Shown one piece after another: positions 8,549 through 19,430 of a stretch of 64,000 nt of DNA. The notes under the pieces are model-generated. The model was not told the origin of the DNA, ran no database searches, and saw only the letters and a list, made by a program, of their open reading frames with translations. The DNA is taken from assembly GCA_964291235.2 (NCBI GenBank), contig OZ219816.1:192001-256000 (forward strand). The letters run 5' to 3'. Within the stretch, counting starts at the first letter, position 1. The number at the start of each line of letters is the position of its first letter. The DNA is from Vicinamibacteria bacterium (GTDB taxonomy: Bacteria; Acidobacteriota; Vicinamibacteria; Marinacidobacterales; Marinacidobacteraceae). The position numbers and the translations under genes were made by a program.

Positions 8549-11500
8549 GCCTTCCAAAGCTGGCGGTGAACCGCCCCGTCACCACCGCGATGGTGCTGCT
8601 CAGCCTGCTCGTGCTCGGCGGCATCTCGTTCACCCGGATCCCGCTGGCGTTCCTGCCGGATGTGGATTTCCCGGGCGTCTTCGTGACCGTCCCCTACCCG
8701 AACGCGAGTCCCCGGCAGATCGAGCGCGAGATCGTCCAACCGCTCGAGGAGGCGCTCGCCACCATCCCCGGCGCCCGGCGTATCCACTCGACGGCCACGG
8801 CCGACCGGGCTGACCTCCAGCTCGAGTTCACCTGGGGCGAAACCGTGGACGTGGCGCGGGCGAAGGTGTTCGAGGCGGTGGAAGACGCCCGCCGGGATCT
8901 GCCCGCGGATGTCCGGGAGATCTACGTCAACACCTTCTCGACGACCCAGATCCCGATCGTCGAGGCGCGGATCTCCGCGCCCGGGATGGACCTGTCGGCG
9001 AACTACGACCGCCTCGAACGGCGGATCGCGGACCCGATCCGGCGCGTTCCGGGCGTCGCGCGGGTGGACCTCGACGGCGTGGAGCCGCGCGAGGTGCGGA
9101 TCAACCTGCGCCTCGACCGGCTCGCCGCCCACCGGGTGGACATCGGGGAGATCAGCGAGCGCGTGACCGGCATGAACCGGAATGTCTCGCTCGGACGCAT
9201 CCGGGCGCACGGCGAGGTGACGCCCGTCCGCGGCTTCGGGGCGCTTTCGGCCATCGGCGAGATCGGGAGCCTCCCGCTGAACGATCAGGGACTGCGCGTT
9301 GCGGATGTCGCCGACGTCACCTACCGGGAGCCTCCGATCCCCTACGGACGGCATCTCAACGACGAGGCGGCCATCGGGCTGACGGTCTTCAAGGCGGCGC
9401 AGGCGAACACGGTGGAGGTCGCCACCGCGGTTACCGAGCTGATCGAGACCGAGATTGCCGCCGACCCGGCACTCGCCGGGATCAGCCTCTTCGTCTGGGA
9501 GGACCAGGCGGCCGAGATCACCTCGGGCCTCGCGGGCATCCGCACGGAGGGACTGCTCGGGGCGCTCTTCGCCGTCTTCTTGCTCTTCCTGTTCCTGCGC
9601 CGGGTGGACACGACCTCGATCATCAGCCTGACGATTCCGATGTCCATCATCGCGACCGCGATCGTCCTCTACTTCGCCGGCCGGTCACTCAACGTGCTCT
9701 CCATGATGGGGATGATGCTGGGCATCGGGCTGCTGGTGGACGACGCCATCGTGGTGCTCGAATCCATCGTCCGCGAGCACGGCCGCGGAATTCCGGCGCG
9801 GGCGGCAGCCATCACCGGCGCCCGTGCGGTGTCCGGGGCGGTGATCGCCTCGACGGTCACCACCGCGGTGGTGTTCTTGCCGATGGTGGTGGGGCCCAAG
9901 AACCAGATGTCCATCTGGCTCGGGGAGATCGGCCTCGCCATCTCGCTGACCATCTTCTGTTCACTGTTCATTTCGCTGACCCTGATCCCGCTGGTGAGTT
10001 CGCGGCTGCTCGCGAGGAAACCGTCGGTCGCGCCGCGCTGGACCGAGCGGCTGGGAGACCTGTACCAGGCCGTCCTGCGGTTCACCCTGCGCCGGCGCTG
10101 GGTCACGGCGGGAATCGCGGTCGCCTTCCTCGCTACCGCGATCCTGCCGTTCTTCCTGGGTCTCTCCACCGCGGTGTTCTCCGGGTTCAACCGCAACCGG
10201 GTCTTCCTCGCCTACGAGTTCTCGGATTTCCACTACAAGGAGGATGCGCGCGGTGCGGTGCTGGCCGTCGAGCGCGAGCTCGCCGGACTCCGCGACGAAC
10301 TGGGAATCGAGTCGGTCTACAGCTTCTTCGGCGAGAACGAGGCGCAGACGGTGATCTCGTTCGGGGAGCAGCACATCTCCGACGACGAGGGCAAGGAACT
10401 CCGCGAGCGGATCAAGACGGTTTTGCCGCCCCTTCCCGGGGCGCGGATCGTCTTCGGAGACGAAGATCAGGAAACCGGCGGGGAGAGCATGTTCTTCCGC
10501 GTCCGGTTCTATGGCGAGGATTCGGAGCGCCTCGCCGCCATCGCCCGCGAGGCCGAAGACCGGTTGACGGCGGTCGGGGGCGTCGCGGACATCCGGAGCG
10601 GCGAGGACAACCCGCGGAAGGAAGTGGTGGTCCGGCCGCGGGCCGAGGCGGCCGCGCGGATCGGCGTCACGCCGCGCGACCTCGCCGAGATCTTCGGTTT
10701 CACCCTCGGCGGCCGGCCGCTCCGCCGTTTCCAGACCGAGGACCGGGAGGCCGAGGTGCTCCTCACCGTGTCCCAGCAGGACGTCTCACGGGTGGAGGAT
10801 CTCCGGAACTTCACCCTGACGTCCGATGCCGGAGTCCCGGTCTCCCTCGGCGACCTCGCCGATTTCGAGATCGTCGAACGCAGCCGCGCGATCCGGCGGG
10901 TGGACCGGAAGGCGGTGGCCACGCTGCGCGCCAGCTACGAAGGGGAGACGTGGGAGGACGCCCGTACCGAGATCGAGGAGGAACTCGACGAGATGGCGCT
11001 TCCCGCCGGGTACACCTGGTCCTTCGGGGACCGGATCAACCGGCAGGACACCGACCTCCAGAACATGGCGGTGAACTATCTGCTGGCGCTGCTGCTGATC
11101 TACATCGTGATGGCCGCCCAGTTCGAGTCGCTCATCCATCCGCTCGCGATCCTGATTTCGATCCCCTACGCGCTGTGGGGCGCATCCTGGATGCTGCTCG
11201 TGACGAACAGTCCGTTCAACCTGATGGCCCAAATCGGCATGCTCATCCTGATGGGCATAGTGGTGAAGAACGGGATCGTGCTGATCGACCATGTGAACAA
11301 GCTGCGCCGCGACGGGATGGAGCGCACCCAGGCGCTCCTCGAAGGCGGCCGGGACCGGCTGCGGCCCATCCTGATGACCGCCGGCGCGACGATGCTGGCG
11401 CTGGTGCCGATGGGGATCGGGCGGACCGGGCTCGACGGGCTCTACTACTTCCCGCTCGCCCGGACCGTGATCGGCGGACTCGCCGCTTCGACGGTCCTGA

Positions 11501-11631
11501 CGCTCGTCATCCTGCCGTTCTTCTACACGCTGCTGGACGACCTGGCGATGCGGGCGCGCCGCGTTTGGCGGGCGAGCGGGGAGCCGGCGGTTCCGGCGCC
11601 ACCGGCGACAGAACCAGTCACGGTTCCCTGA
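8545..11631 (+). CDS. Second RND efflux permease (heteromeric pump partner)
   Basis: GTGA overlap with previous stop; GLLVDDAIVVLE, RLRPILMT. Confidence 0.93.
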   Translation: MSLPKLAVNRPVTTAMVLLSLLVLGGISFTRIPLAFLPDVDFPGVFVTVPYPNASPRQIEREIVQPLEEALATIPGARRIHSTATADRADLQLEFTWGETVDVARAKVFEAVEDARRDLPADVREIYVNTFSTTQIPIVEARISAPGMDLSANYDRLERRIADPIRRVPGVARVDLDGVEPREVRINLRLDRLAAHRVDIGEISERVTGMNRNVSLGRIRAHGEVTPVRGFGALSAIGEIGSLPLNDQGLRVADVADVTYREPPIPYGRHLNDEAAIGLTVFKAAQANTVEVATAVTELIETEIAADPALAGISLFVWEDQAAEITSGLAGIRTEGLLGALFAVFLLFLFLRRVDTTSIISLTIPMSIIATAIVLYFAGRSLNVLSMMGMMLGIGLLVDDAIVVLESIVREHGRGIPARAAAITGARAVSGAVIASTVTTAVVFLPMVVGPKNQMSIWLGEIGLAISLTIFCSLFISLTLIPLVSSRLLARKPSVAPRWTERLGDLYQAVLRFTLRRRWVTAGIAVAFLATAILPFFLGLSTAVFSGFNRNRVFLAYEFSDFHYKEDARGAVLAVERELAGLRDELGIESVYSFFGENEAQTVISFGEQHISDDEGKELRERIKTVLPPLPGARIVFGDEDQETGGESMFFRVRFYGEDSERLAAIAREAEDRLTAVGGVADIRSGEDNPRKEVVVRPRAEAAARIGVTPRDLAEIFGFTLGGRPLRRFQTEDREAEVLLTVSQQDVSRVEDLRNFTLTSDAGVPVSLGDLADFEIVERSRAIRRVDRKAVATLRASYEGETWEDARTEIEEELDEMALPAGYTWSFGDRINRQDTDLQNMAVNYLLALLLIYIVMAAQFESLIHPLAILISIPYALWGASWMLLVTNSPFNLMAQIGMLILMGIVVKNGIVLIDHVNKLRRDGMERTQALLEGGRDRLRPILMTAGATMLALVPMGIGRTGLDGLYYFPLARTVIGGLAASTVLTLVILPFFYTLLDDLAMRARRVWRASGEPAVPAPPATEPVTVP

Positions 11632-11851
11632 CCGTCAGGCACCGTCAACCAATAGCGCAGCGCACCCCTCCTCCCGAGGAAGAGACCGCCGACCGGGGGA
11701 GGGAACAGGAGCGCCGGCCTCCGATGTTGGCGTCTTCGCACCGAGTTTTCCACATCGACCTCCGCGGGCGGGAAGAAACGGGCCGGAATTTCGTCTATGG
11801 GATGAGTGGGAGACGCCGTGTCTTCCACCGTATCCCCTGGAGGAGTTTCCG

Positions 11852-12346
11852 ATGCCCCAGTCCGCGCCGCAGCCGCCGAAACCCATTCCCGCACGCGCGG
11901 AGAGCGGCGTCCCGAAATCGACCGATAGCGGCGTCCTCTTCCGTGCCCTGGTGGAAGCCGGAGCGGATCCAGGGCTCGCCTATACTGCTGAAGCAGGAAC
12001 GAAGTCCATGGTTTCCGAAGCGGTAGCCACGCAGGTCCAGCCGATTCTGGTGGAAATGCGCCAGCTCTTCGCCGAGCAGGAGCGGCGCTTCGCCGAGCAG
12101 GATCGGAAGCTGGACGCGCTGGCCGCGAAATATGCCGAGCACGACCGCAAGCTGGATGCGCTGGCCGCGCACGTTGGCGAGCACGACCACAAGCTGGATG
12201 CACTGACCACGGAGGTCCGGCGGACGAACGAGGTCGTGGACGTGAAGCTGGACGGCATCCGGCGGGAGTTGCGGCTGATCTGGGGCGCGCTCGGAATCTC
12301 GCTGACGGTGTGGCTGGTGGTCCTCGGGTACCTGCTCTCGAACTGA
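11852..12346 (+). CDS. Coiled-coil protein with 14-aa repeats (3 units) and C-terminal TM
   Basis: GGAGGAG RBS; AEHDRKLDALAAKY-type repeats; LIWGALGISLTVWLVVLGYLL. Confidence 0.8.
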   Translation: MPQSAPQPPKPIPARAESGVPKSTDSGVLFRALVEAGADPGLAYTAEAGTKSMVSEAVATQVQPILVEMRQLFAEQERRFAEQDRKLDALAAKYAEHDRKLDALAAHVGEHDHKLDALTTEVRRTNEVVDVKLDGIRRELRLIWGALGISLTVWLVVLGYLLSN

Positions 12347-12847
12347 TTGCTGCCGCGGCGGAGGCCAGGCCGGTGCCGCCAGGGCTGGTGGGGGGTTTCG
12401 CCGAGAGGGGAGCCATCCTGACGGATGGAGTCCGTCCCGCCGCCCGCCTTCGGCGGGCTGTGCCGGCCTGGAGGCCGGCGTTCCCTTGCGGTCGCCCGCG
12501 CTTTCGCGCTGGGTGGGGGTTTGTGCCGACGCGGGCCTACGGCCCGCTGTGCCGGCCCCCACCGGGAGGACTGGCCTGGGGATCGGCCCAGTTCTCTCGG
12601 CGGGGGCTCCGGTGCCGGTGTGGCGCCAAGGCTGGTGAGGTTCCCGCCGAGAGGGGAACCATCCTGCATCGATCTCTGCGGCGGAAGTATGAGAAATCCC
12701 GGCTGGCATCGCTCGCCCGCGGTCGGCGTCTTCGCACCGAGTTTTCCACATCGACCACCGCGGGCGGGAAGAAACGGGCCGGAATTTCGTCTATGGGATG
12801 AGTGGGAGACGCCGTGTCTTCCACCGCATCCCCCGGAGGAGTGTCCG

Positions 12848-13447
12848 ATGCCCCAGTCCGCGCCGCAGCCGCCGCAGCCGATCCCCCCACGTGCGGAGGG
12901 CGGCGTCCCGAAAACGACCGATAGCGGCGTCCTCTTCCGTGCCCTGGTGGAAGCCGGAGCGGATCCAGGGCTCGCCTATACTGCTGAAGCAGGAACGAAG
13001 TCCATGGTTTCCGAAGCGGTAGCCACGCAGGTGCAGCCGATTCTGGTGGAAATGCGCCAGCTCTTCGCCGAGCAGGATCGGAAGCTGGACGCGCTGGCCG
13101 CGAAAGTTGCCGAGCACGGCCTCAAGCTGGACGCGCTGGCCGCGAAATATGCCGAGCACGACCGCAAGCTGGACGCGCTGGCCGCGAAATATGCCGAGCA
13201 CGACCGCAAGCTGGACGCGCTGGCCGCGAAATATGCCGAGCACGACCGCAAGCTGGATGCGCTGGCCGCGCAGGTTGGCGAGCACGACCATAAGCTGGAC
13301 GCACTGACCACGGAGGTCCGGCGGACGAACGAGGTCGTGGACGTGAAGCTGGACGGCATCCGGCGGGAGTTGCGGCTGATCTGGGGCGCGCTCGGAATCT
13401 CGCTGACGGTGTGGCTGGTGGTCCTCGGGTACCTGCTTTCGAACTGA
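12848..13447 (+). CDS. Tandem paralog of 11852-12346 with 6 repeat units
   Basis: Near-identical N- and C-termini; expanded 42-bp tandem repeat. Confidence 0.8.
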   Translation: MPQSAPQPPQPIPPRAEGGVPKTTDSGVLFRALVEAGADPGLAYTAEAGTKSMVSEAVATQVQPILVEMRQLFAEQDRKLDALAAKVAEHGLKLDALAAKYAEHDRKLDALAAKYAEHDRKLDALAAKYAEHDRKLDALAAQVGEHDHKLDALTTEVRRTNEVVDVKLDGIRRELRLIWGALGISLTVWLVVLGYLLSN

Positions 13448-13779
13448 CTGGTGCCGCCGCGGAGGCGGGGGCCGGTGCCGCCAGGGCTGGTGGGGGTTTC
13501 GCCGAGAGGGGAGCCATCCTGACGGGTGGGGGTCCGTCCCGCCGCCCGCCTTCGGCGGGCTGTGCCGATCTGGAGGCCGGCGTTCCCTTGCGGTCGCCCG
13601 CGCTTTCGCGCCGGGTGGGGGTCCGTCCCGCCGCCCGCCTCCGGCGGGCTGTGCCGATCTGGAGATCGGCGTTCCGTTGCGGTCGCCCGCGCTTTCGCGC
13701 TGGGTGGGGGGATTGTCCGGCGTTTTCCGGAACAGGGTAGGCTGCGCAACGTATTGATCCGTGGAGACAGAACACGGAA

Positions 13780-14520
13780 ATGAACGGGAGCAGCAACGGA
13801 ACCGCCGCAGTGAACGGCGCTGCCGCCGTCTCCATGCGGGACGTGACCAAGGTGTACCAGATGGGGGAGGTCGAGGTGCACGCGCTCCGTGGCGTGAGCC
13901 TCGACTTCGACGAGGGCGGGTTCACCGTCCTCCTCGGGCCGTCCGGGAGCGGCAAGTCCACGCTCCTCAACATCCTCGGGGGACTCGACGTCCCCACGGC
14001 GGGCCAGGTGGTCTATCGGGGCCAGGACCTCACCCGCGCGGACGAGGGCGAACTGACCCGCTACCGGCGGCGCCGGGTGGGATTCGTCTTCCAGTTCTAC
14101 AACCTGATCCCCTCGCTCAGCGCCCGGGAGAACGTGGAACTCGTGACCGAAATCTCCGACGACCCGCTCCCCGCGCTGGAGGCGCTCGACATCGTCGGCC
14201 TCTCGGACCGGACGGACCACTTCCCCTCGCAGATGTCCGGCGGCGAACAGCAGCGCGTGGCCATCGCGCGCGCCATCGCCAAGCGGCCGGACATCCTCCT
14301 CTGCGACGAACCGACCGGAGCGCTCGACATCAGCACCGGCATCCAGGTGCTCGAGGCCATCGAGCGGGTGAACCGCGAGTACGGCGCCACCACCGCCATC
14401 ATCACCCACAACGCCGCGATCTCGACGATCGCCGACCGGGTCATCTCGCTGGCCGACGGCCGCATTTCGCAGGTGCAGCGGAACGAGACGCGCGCCGCCG
14501 CCTCCACGGTCCAATGGTGA
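13780..14520 (+). CDS. ABC transporter ATP-binding protein (MacB/LolD-like)
   Basis: [31 protein letters not shown]. Confidence 0.95.
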   Translation: MNGSSNGTAAVNGAAAVSMRDVTKVYQMGEVEVHALRGVSLDFDEGGFTVLLGPSGSGKSTLLNILGGLDVPTAGQVVYRGQDLTRADEGELTRYRRRRVGFVFQFYNLIPSLSARENVELVTEISDDPLPALEALDIVGLSDRTDHFPSQMSGGEQQRVAIARAIAKRPDILLCDEPTGALDISTGIQVLEAIERVNREYGATTAIITHNAAISTIADRVISLADGRISQVQRNETRAAASTVQW

Positions 14521-14530
14521 GGCGCCCCGC

Positions 14531-16897
14531 ATGATCGCCGCGCTCGACCGCAAGCTGCTCCGCGACCTCTGGCGGGTCCGCTCCATGGGGTTCACCATCG
14601 CCGTGGTCGTCGCGTCGGGGATCGCCCTGCTCATCGCGTCGCTCATCTGCTTCGACTCGCTGGAGTCGACTCGCGACCGCTACTACGCCAGGAACGAGTT
14701 CGGCGACGTCTTCGCGAACGCCAAGCGGGTCCCGAGGTGGGTCGCCGGGAGTCTCGACGAGCTGCCCGGGGTGGAGAAGGTGGACACGCGAGTCGTGGCC
14801 GGAGTCACGCTCGACGTGCCGGGCAGCACCGAACCGGTCAACGGCCGCCTCATCTCGCTGCCGGACAGCGGCCGCCCGGTCCTCAACGGCGTCACGCTGC
14901 GCAGCGGCCGCTTCCCCGACCCGGGACGTGCGGAGGAGGCGCTCGTCAACGAACGCTTCGCCCAGGGGCACGGGCTCGCACTGGGCGACCAGGTCTTCGC
15001 GGTGATCAACGGCCGGCGCCAGCGGCTCGAGATCGTGGGGACGGTGCTTTCGCCGGAGTACGTCTATGCGATCGCCGGCGGCGACCTGCTGCCGGACCCG
15101 ACGCGGTTCGGGGTCTTCTGGATGGCGCGCCGGCACCTCGCGACCGCCTTCGACATGGAGGGAGGGTTCAACGACATCTCGCTCGCGCTCGCCGACGGCG
15201 CGCCCGCCGAGCCCGCGATCGTCGAGCTGGACCGCCTGCTCGAGCCGTACGGCGGCCTCGGGGCCATTCCCCGCGCCCAGCAGATCTCCCACTGGTACCT
15301 CCAGAACGAGTTGACGGGGCTCCGCGGCATGGCGCTGCTGATGCCGATGATCTTCCTGGGGATCGCGGCCTTCCTCCTGAACGTCGTGCTCCGGCGGATG
15401 GTCGCGGTCCAGCGGGAACAGATCGCGGTTCTCAAGGCGGTCGGCTACTCGAACCTGCGCCTCGGGCTCCACTACACCCAGTGGGCGGGAGCGGTGTCCG
15501 TCCTGGGGGGCGCGCTCGGGATCGCGCTCGGGGCGCTGATGAGCGCCGGGATGCTCAACCTCTACATGGAGTACTTCCGCTTCCCGGACCTGATCACCCG
15601 TTGGAGCTCGACGCACATCCTCGGCGCGCTGTTCGCCTGCGGGGCGGCGTCCGTGCTCGGCGCCGCGGCCGCGGTCAAGAGCGTGGTGCGTTTGCCGCCC
15701 GCGGAAGCGATGCGCCCCGCCCTGCCGGACAGCTTCCGCGTTTCGCTGCTGGAACGGCTGGGGCTCCGGCGGTGGCTGACCCAGCCCCTGCGCATGGTCC
15801 TCCGCAACCTGTCCCGCCGCCCGCTCCGCGCCGCGATGTCCGTGGTCGGCATCGCCTTCTCGGCCGCCCTCATGGTGATGGCGAGCGCCGCCATGGACTC
15901 CTTCGAGGAGCTCATGCAGCTCCAGTTCAACGTGGTCCAGCGCCAGGACGTAACGGTGACCTTCTTCGAACCGGAAGGGCGCGCCGCCTACTACGAGCTG
16001 GCGTCGGTGCCGGGCGTCCTCGAGGTCGAACCGCTGAACGGGGTGTCCGCCCGCCTCCGGAACGGAAACCGGAACCGCCAGGTCGGGATCCAGGCGCTCC
16101 AGCCCGACGCCCGGCTCCAGCGGGTGGTGGGCGCCGACTACCAGCCGGTGCAGCTCGACCGGGCGGGGCTGATCCTCTCGCGGAAGCTGGCTGACGTGCT
16201 TGGCGTCGAGCCGGGGGACGCCCTGCGGGTGGAGGCGCTCCAGGGCACGCGGCCCGAGCAGGACATGGTGGTGAGCGCCACCGTGGACGATCTGATGGGC
16301 GTTTCCGCCTATATGGAGCCGGATGCGCTCCGGCGCTTCCTCAGCGACACGGCGACCCTGAGCGGAGCGGCGCTCGCGATCGACCCGGCGGCGCGCGAGT
16401 CGGTGTACGCCTCGCTCAAGGGGATGCCGGTGGTGGCGGGCGTCGCGCTCCAGCACGCCATGATGGAGAACTTCGAGACCTTCGTGGCCGAGAACGTGAA
16501 CAACCAGTTGGCGATCAACCTGCTCTTCGCGATGGCGATCGCGTTCGGGGTGATCTACAACACGGCGCGCATCTCGCTCTCGGAGCGGAGCCGCGAGCTC
16601 GCCAGCATGCGGGTCATGGGCTTCACCCGTGCGGAGATCGGCGTCGTGCTCTTCGGCGAACTGGCCATCCTGACGGCGGCGGCGATCCCGGTCGGGCTGG
16701 CGCTCGGCTATTCCATGCTGGCGGGTATGGTGGCCGCCTACGAGACCGAGCTGTTCCGGATGCCGCTGGTCGCCGAACCGGGCACCTTCGCGTGGGCCTC
16801 CGCCGCGGTCGCCGTCGCCATGGGGCTCTCGGCGCTCGTGGTCCGCCGTAAATTGAACCGGCTCGATCTCGTGGAAGTACTGAAGACGCGCGAATAA
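14531..16897 (+). CDS. ABC transporter permease (FtsX/MacB-like, duplicated)
   Basis: 788 aa; two FtsX-like blocks ([21 protein letters not shown]). Confidence 0.9.
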   Translation: MIAALDRKLLRDLWRVRSMGFTIAVVVASGIALLIASLICFDSLESTRDRYYARNEFGDVFANAKRVPRWVAGSLDELPGVEKVDTRVVAGVTLDVPGSTEPVNGRLISLPDSGRPVLNGVTLRSGRFPDPGRAEEALVNERFAQGHGLALGDQVFAVINGRRQRLEIVGTVLSPEYVYAIAGGDLLPDPTRFGVFWMARRHLATAFDMEGGFNDISLALADGAPAEPAIVELDRLLEPYGGLGAIPRAQQISHWYLQNELTGLRGMALLMPMIFLGIAAFLLNVVLRRMVAVQREQIAVLKAVGYSNLRLGLHYTQWAGAVSVLGGALGIALGALMSAGMLNLYMEYFRFPDLITRWSSTHILGALFACGAASVLGAAAAVKSVVRLPPAEAMRPALPDSFRVSLLERLGLRRWLTQPLRMVLRNLSRRPLRAAMSVVGIAFSAALMVMASAAMDSFEELMQLQFNVVQRQDVTVTFFEPEGRAAYYELASVPGVLEVEPLNGVSARLRNGNRNRQVGIQALQPDARLQRVVGADYQPVQLDRAGLILSRKLADVLGVEPGDALRVEALQGTRPEQDMVVSATVDDLMGVSAYMEPDALRRFLSDTATLSGAALAIDPAARESVYASLKGMPVVAGVALQHAMMENFETFVAENVNNQLAINLLFAMAIAFGVIYNTARISLSERSRELASMRVMGFTRAEIGVVLFGELAILTAAAIPVGLALGYSMLAGMVAAYETELFRMPLVAEPGTFAWASAAVAVAMGLSALVVRRKLNRLDLVEVLKTRE

Positions 16898-16910
16898 TCA
16901 GGGGAGCAAC

Positions 16911-18134
16911 ATGAAAAAACGACGGCGTCTCGTCATCTGGGGCATCGCCCTGGTGGGAGTCATCGCGCTCATCACGCTCGCCTCGCGCCCCCGCCCGATC
17001 CCCGTGGACGTAGCCGCGGTGGTGCGCGGCACGCTCTCGGTGACGCTCGACGAAGAAGGCGAGACGCGGGTCCGGGACCGGTTCGAGATCTCCGCGCCGG
17101 TGTCCGGGCGGGTCCTCCGCATCGAACTCGAGCCCGGCGATCCGGTGCTCGCCGCGGAGAGCGTGCTCGCCACGTTCCTGCCCGCGTCGCCGGTGCCGCT
17201 CGACCCGCGCCAGCGGGCGGAAGCCGCCGCCGCGGTCGAGGCCGCGGAAGCCGCGGTGGGGCGGGCCGAGGCGCTCCACGAGCAGGCGGCGCAGGAGCGC
17301 GCGTTCGCCGAGTCCACCCTGAACCGGCTGCGCCGACTTCAGCAGGAGGGCGTCAGTTCCGAAGAACAGCTTGAAATGGCCCAGCTCGAACTCGACACCC
17401 GCCAGGAGGCGCTCGAGGCCGCGGAGTTCGCGGTCCGGGACGCACGCGGCAACCTGGCGGTCGCGCGGGCGCGCTTGCAGCGCTTCCGTTTCCGCCCCGG
17501 CGGCGGTGCAACCGGCAATCCCGAGGCGATCCAGATCTTTTCCCCGGTGGACGGCGTGGTGCTGCGACGGCTCCGGGAGAGCGAAGCGGTGGTGCCCCCC
17601 GGCGAGCCGCTGCTCGAGGTCGGCGACCCGCGGGAACTCGAAGTCGTCACCGACTATTTGTCGAACGACGCCGTGCGGATGCGCGCCGGGCAGTCCGCGC
17701 TCATCGACCGCTGGGGCGGCGACCGGCCCCTCCGCGGCCGGGTGCTCCGGGTCGAGCCGTCGGGATTCACCAAGATCTCGGCCCTCGGAGTCGAAGAACA
17801 GCGGGTCAACGTCGTGATGGAGCTCGAGGAGCCCTACGAGGCGCGGCCCAGCCTGGGAGACGCCTACCGGGTCGAGACCCGGGTGGTCGTCTGGGAGCAG
17901 GAGGAGCAGGTGAAGGTGCCGGTAGGCGCGCTCTTCCGCCGGGGAACCGACTGGGCCGTCTTCGTCGTCGAGGACGGGACAGCCGGCGAGCGGACCGTGG
18001 AGATCGGTGAACGCAACCGGCAGGAGGCGCAGGTCCTCGGCGGCCTGGAAGTCGGCGACCAGGTCGTCGTGTATCCCGGCGACAGCGTGGCCGACGGGGT
18101 CCCGGTCGCGGCGGCGAGCGCGGCGTCCGGATGA
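16911..18134 (+). CDS. HlyD-family periplasmic adaptor
   Basis: N-terminal TM, coiled hairpin, KISALGVEEQRV. Confidence 0.9.
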   Translation: MKKRRRLVIWGIALVGVIALITLASRPRPIPVDVAAVVRGTLSVTLDEEGETRVRDRFEISAPVSGRVLRIELEPGDPVLAAESVLATFLPASPVPLDPRQRAEAAAAVEAAEAAVGRAEALHEQAAQERAFAESTLNRLRRLQQEGVSSEEQLEMAQLELDTRQEALEAAEFAVRDARGNLAVARARLQRFRFRPGGGATGNPEAIQIFSPVDGVVLRRLRESEAVVPPGEPLLEVGDPRELEVVTDYLSNDAVRMRAGQSALIDRWGGDRPLRGRVLRVEPSGFTKISALGVEEQRVNVVMELEEPYEARPSLGDAYRVETRVVVWEQEEQVKVPVGALFRRGTDWAVFVVEDGTAGERTVEIGERNRQEAQVLGGLEVGDQVVVYPGDSVADGVPVAAASAASG

Positions 18135-19414
18135 CGGAGGGTTCGGGGACCGCCGACCTTCGGGACGCGTTCTGGCGGATTCGCCGGCAGACCACGGAGC
18201 TCGCGGCGCCCCTCGCCATCGAGGACTACGTGGCGCAGTCCATGCCGGACGCGCGTCCGGCGAAGTGGCACCTGGGCCACACCTCGTGGTTCTTCGAGAC
18301 GTTCGTGCTGACGGCGCCCGGCGTTTCCGGCCGCGGCGGCAGCTATTCCCCGGCGCGCCCCGAGTACCAGGCGATCTTCGGCGTGTCCGGCGCCGGCGTC
18401 TCCCAGCCGGGACCGGTCAGCCGCGAGCGCGGCGTCCTGTCCCGGCCGACGGTGGCCGAGGTCTTCGACTACCGGCGGCGGGTGGACGAGGGGATCGAGG
18501 AACTCCTCGCGGGAGAGGTGTCCAGCGAGGCGCGGGAGCTGGTGGTGCTCGGGCTGCACCACGAACAGCAGCACCAGGAGCGGCTGCTCGCCGACCTGAA
18601 GCACCTGTTCTCGATGAACCCGCTCCATCCGGCTTACGGGGAGGCGACGCCGCGCGCGCCCGGAACGGCTCCGCCTCCGCTGCGGTTCCTGTCGTTCGCT
18701 GGGGGAACGCTGCCCTTCGGCCACCAGGGGACGGGTTTCGCGTTCGACAATGAAAGACCCCGCCACGAGCGGCTGATCGCGCCGTTCCAGCTCGGTTCGC
18801 GGTTGATCACGAACGGCGAATACCTCGAATTCATCGAGGAGGGCGGCTACCGGGAGTCCTCGCTCTGGCTCTCGGACGGGTGGGACGCCCGGGTGGCGGG
18901 CGGCTGGGAAGCGCCGCTCCACTGGGTCCGGGAGGGCGACGGCTTCAATGAGTTCACACTCGGGGGGCTGGCGGCGCTCGCGTCCGAAAGCCCGGTCCAC
19001 CACTTGAGCTACTTCGAGGCGGACGCCTTCGCACGCTGGCGGGAGGCCCGCCTCCCGACCGAGTTCGAGTGGGAAACGGCGGCGGCGGACCGGCCGCTCA
19101 CCGGGACGTTCCTGGAAGAAGGCGGCCTCCGGCCCCTGCCGGCGCCCAAGGCCGCCCGCGGCGGATCGTCCGGCCCGGCGCAACTCTTCGGGGACGCCTG
19201 GGAGTGGACCGCGAGCCCCTATCTCCCCTACCCGGGGTTCCGCCCGTCCGGCGTCTTTGGCCAATCGAGCGGCAGATCCATGTCGGGCCGGATGGTGCTC
19301 CGCGGGGGATCGTGCTTCACGCCGGCCTCCCACCTCCGGGCCACCTACCGCCACGTCCTGCGACCCGACGCCCGCTGGCAGGCGACCGGGATCCGGATCG
19401 CTCGCGACCGGTAG
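18131..19414 (+). CDS. egtB: EgtB-like sulfoxide synthase (DinB + FGE-sulfatase), divergent
   Basis: QSMPDA.P.KWHLGHTSWFFE, HHEQQHQE, FDNE.PRH, RLPTEFEWE, VLRGGS; next to egtD. Confidence 0.82.
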   Translation: MTEGSGTADLRDAFWRIRRQTTELAAPLAIEDYVAQSMPDARPAKWHLGHTSWFFETFVLTAPGVSGRGGSYSPARPEYQAIFGVSGAGVSQPGPVSRERGVLSRPTVAEVFDYRRRVDEGIEELLAGEVSSEARELVVLGLHHEQQHQERLLADLKHLFSMNPLHPAYGEATPRAPGTAPPPLRFLSFAGGTLPFGHQGTGFAFDNERPRHERLIAPFQLGSRLITNGEYLEFIEEGGYRESSLWLSDGWDARVAGGWEAPLHWVREGDGFNEFTLGGLAALASESPVHHLSYFEADAFARWREARLPTEFEWETAAADRPLTGTFLEEGGLRPLPAPKAARGGSSGPAQLFGDAWEWTASPYLPYPGFRPSGVFGQSSGRSMSGRMVLRGGSCFTPASHLRATYRHVLRPDARWQATGIRIARDR

Positions 19415-19430
19415 CCTCGGCGGCCTTCGC

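Larger units (their letters stand above)
11728..13700. repeat. ~1-kb tandem duplication (upstream region, gene and REP-rich tail)
   Basis: 11728-12510 matches 12725-13610, apart from the repeat expansion; REP copies at ~12460, 13560 and 13650. Confidence 0.85.

Noticed and set aside
5348-8557. 1069-aa antisense ORF and similar shadow ORFs elsewhere (e.g. 51169-53658, 58441-60867)
   Set aside because: Shadow or alternate-frame ORFs of high-GC genes with no recognisable motifs
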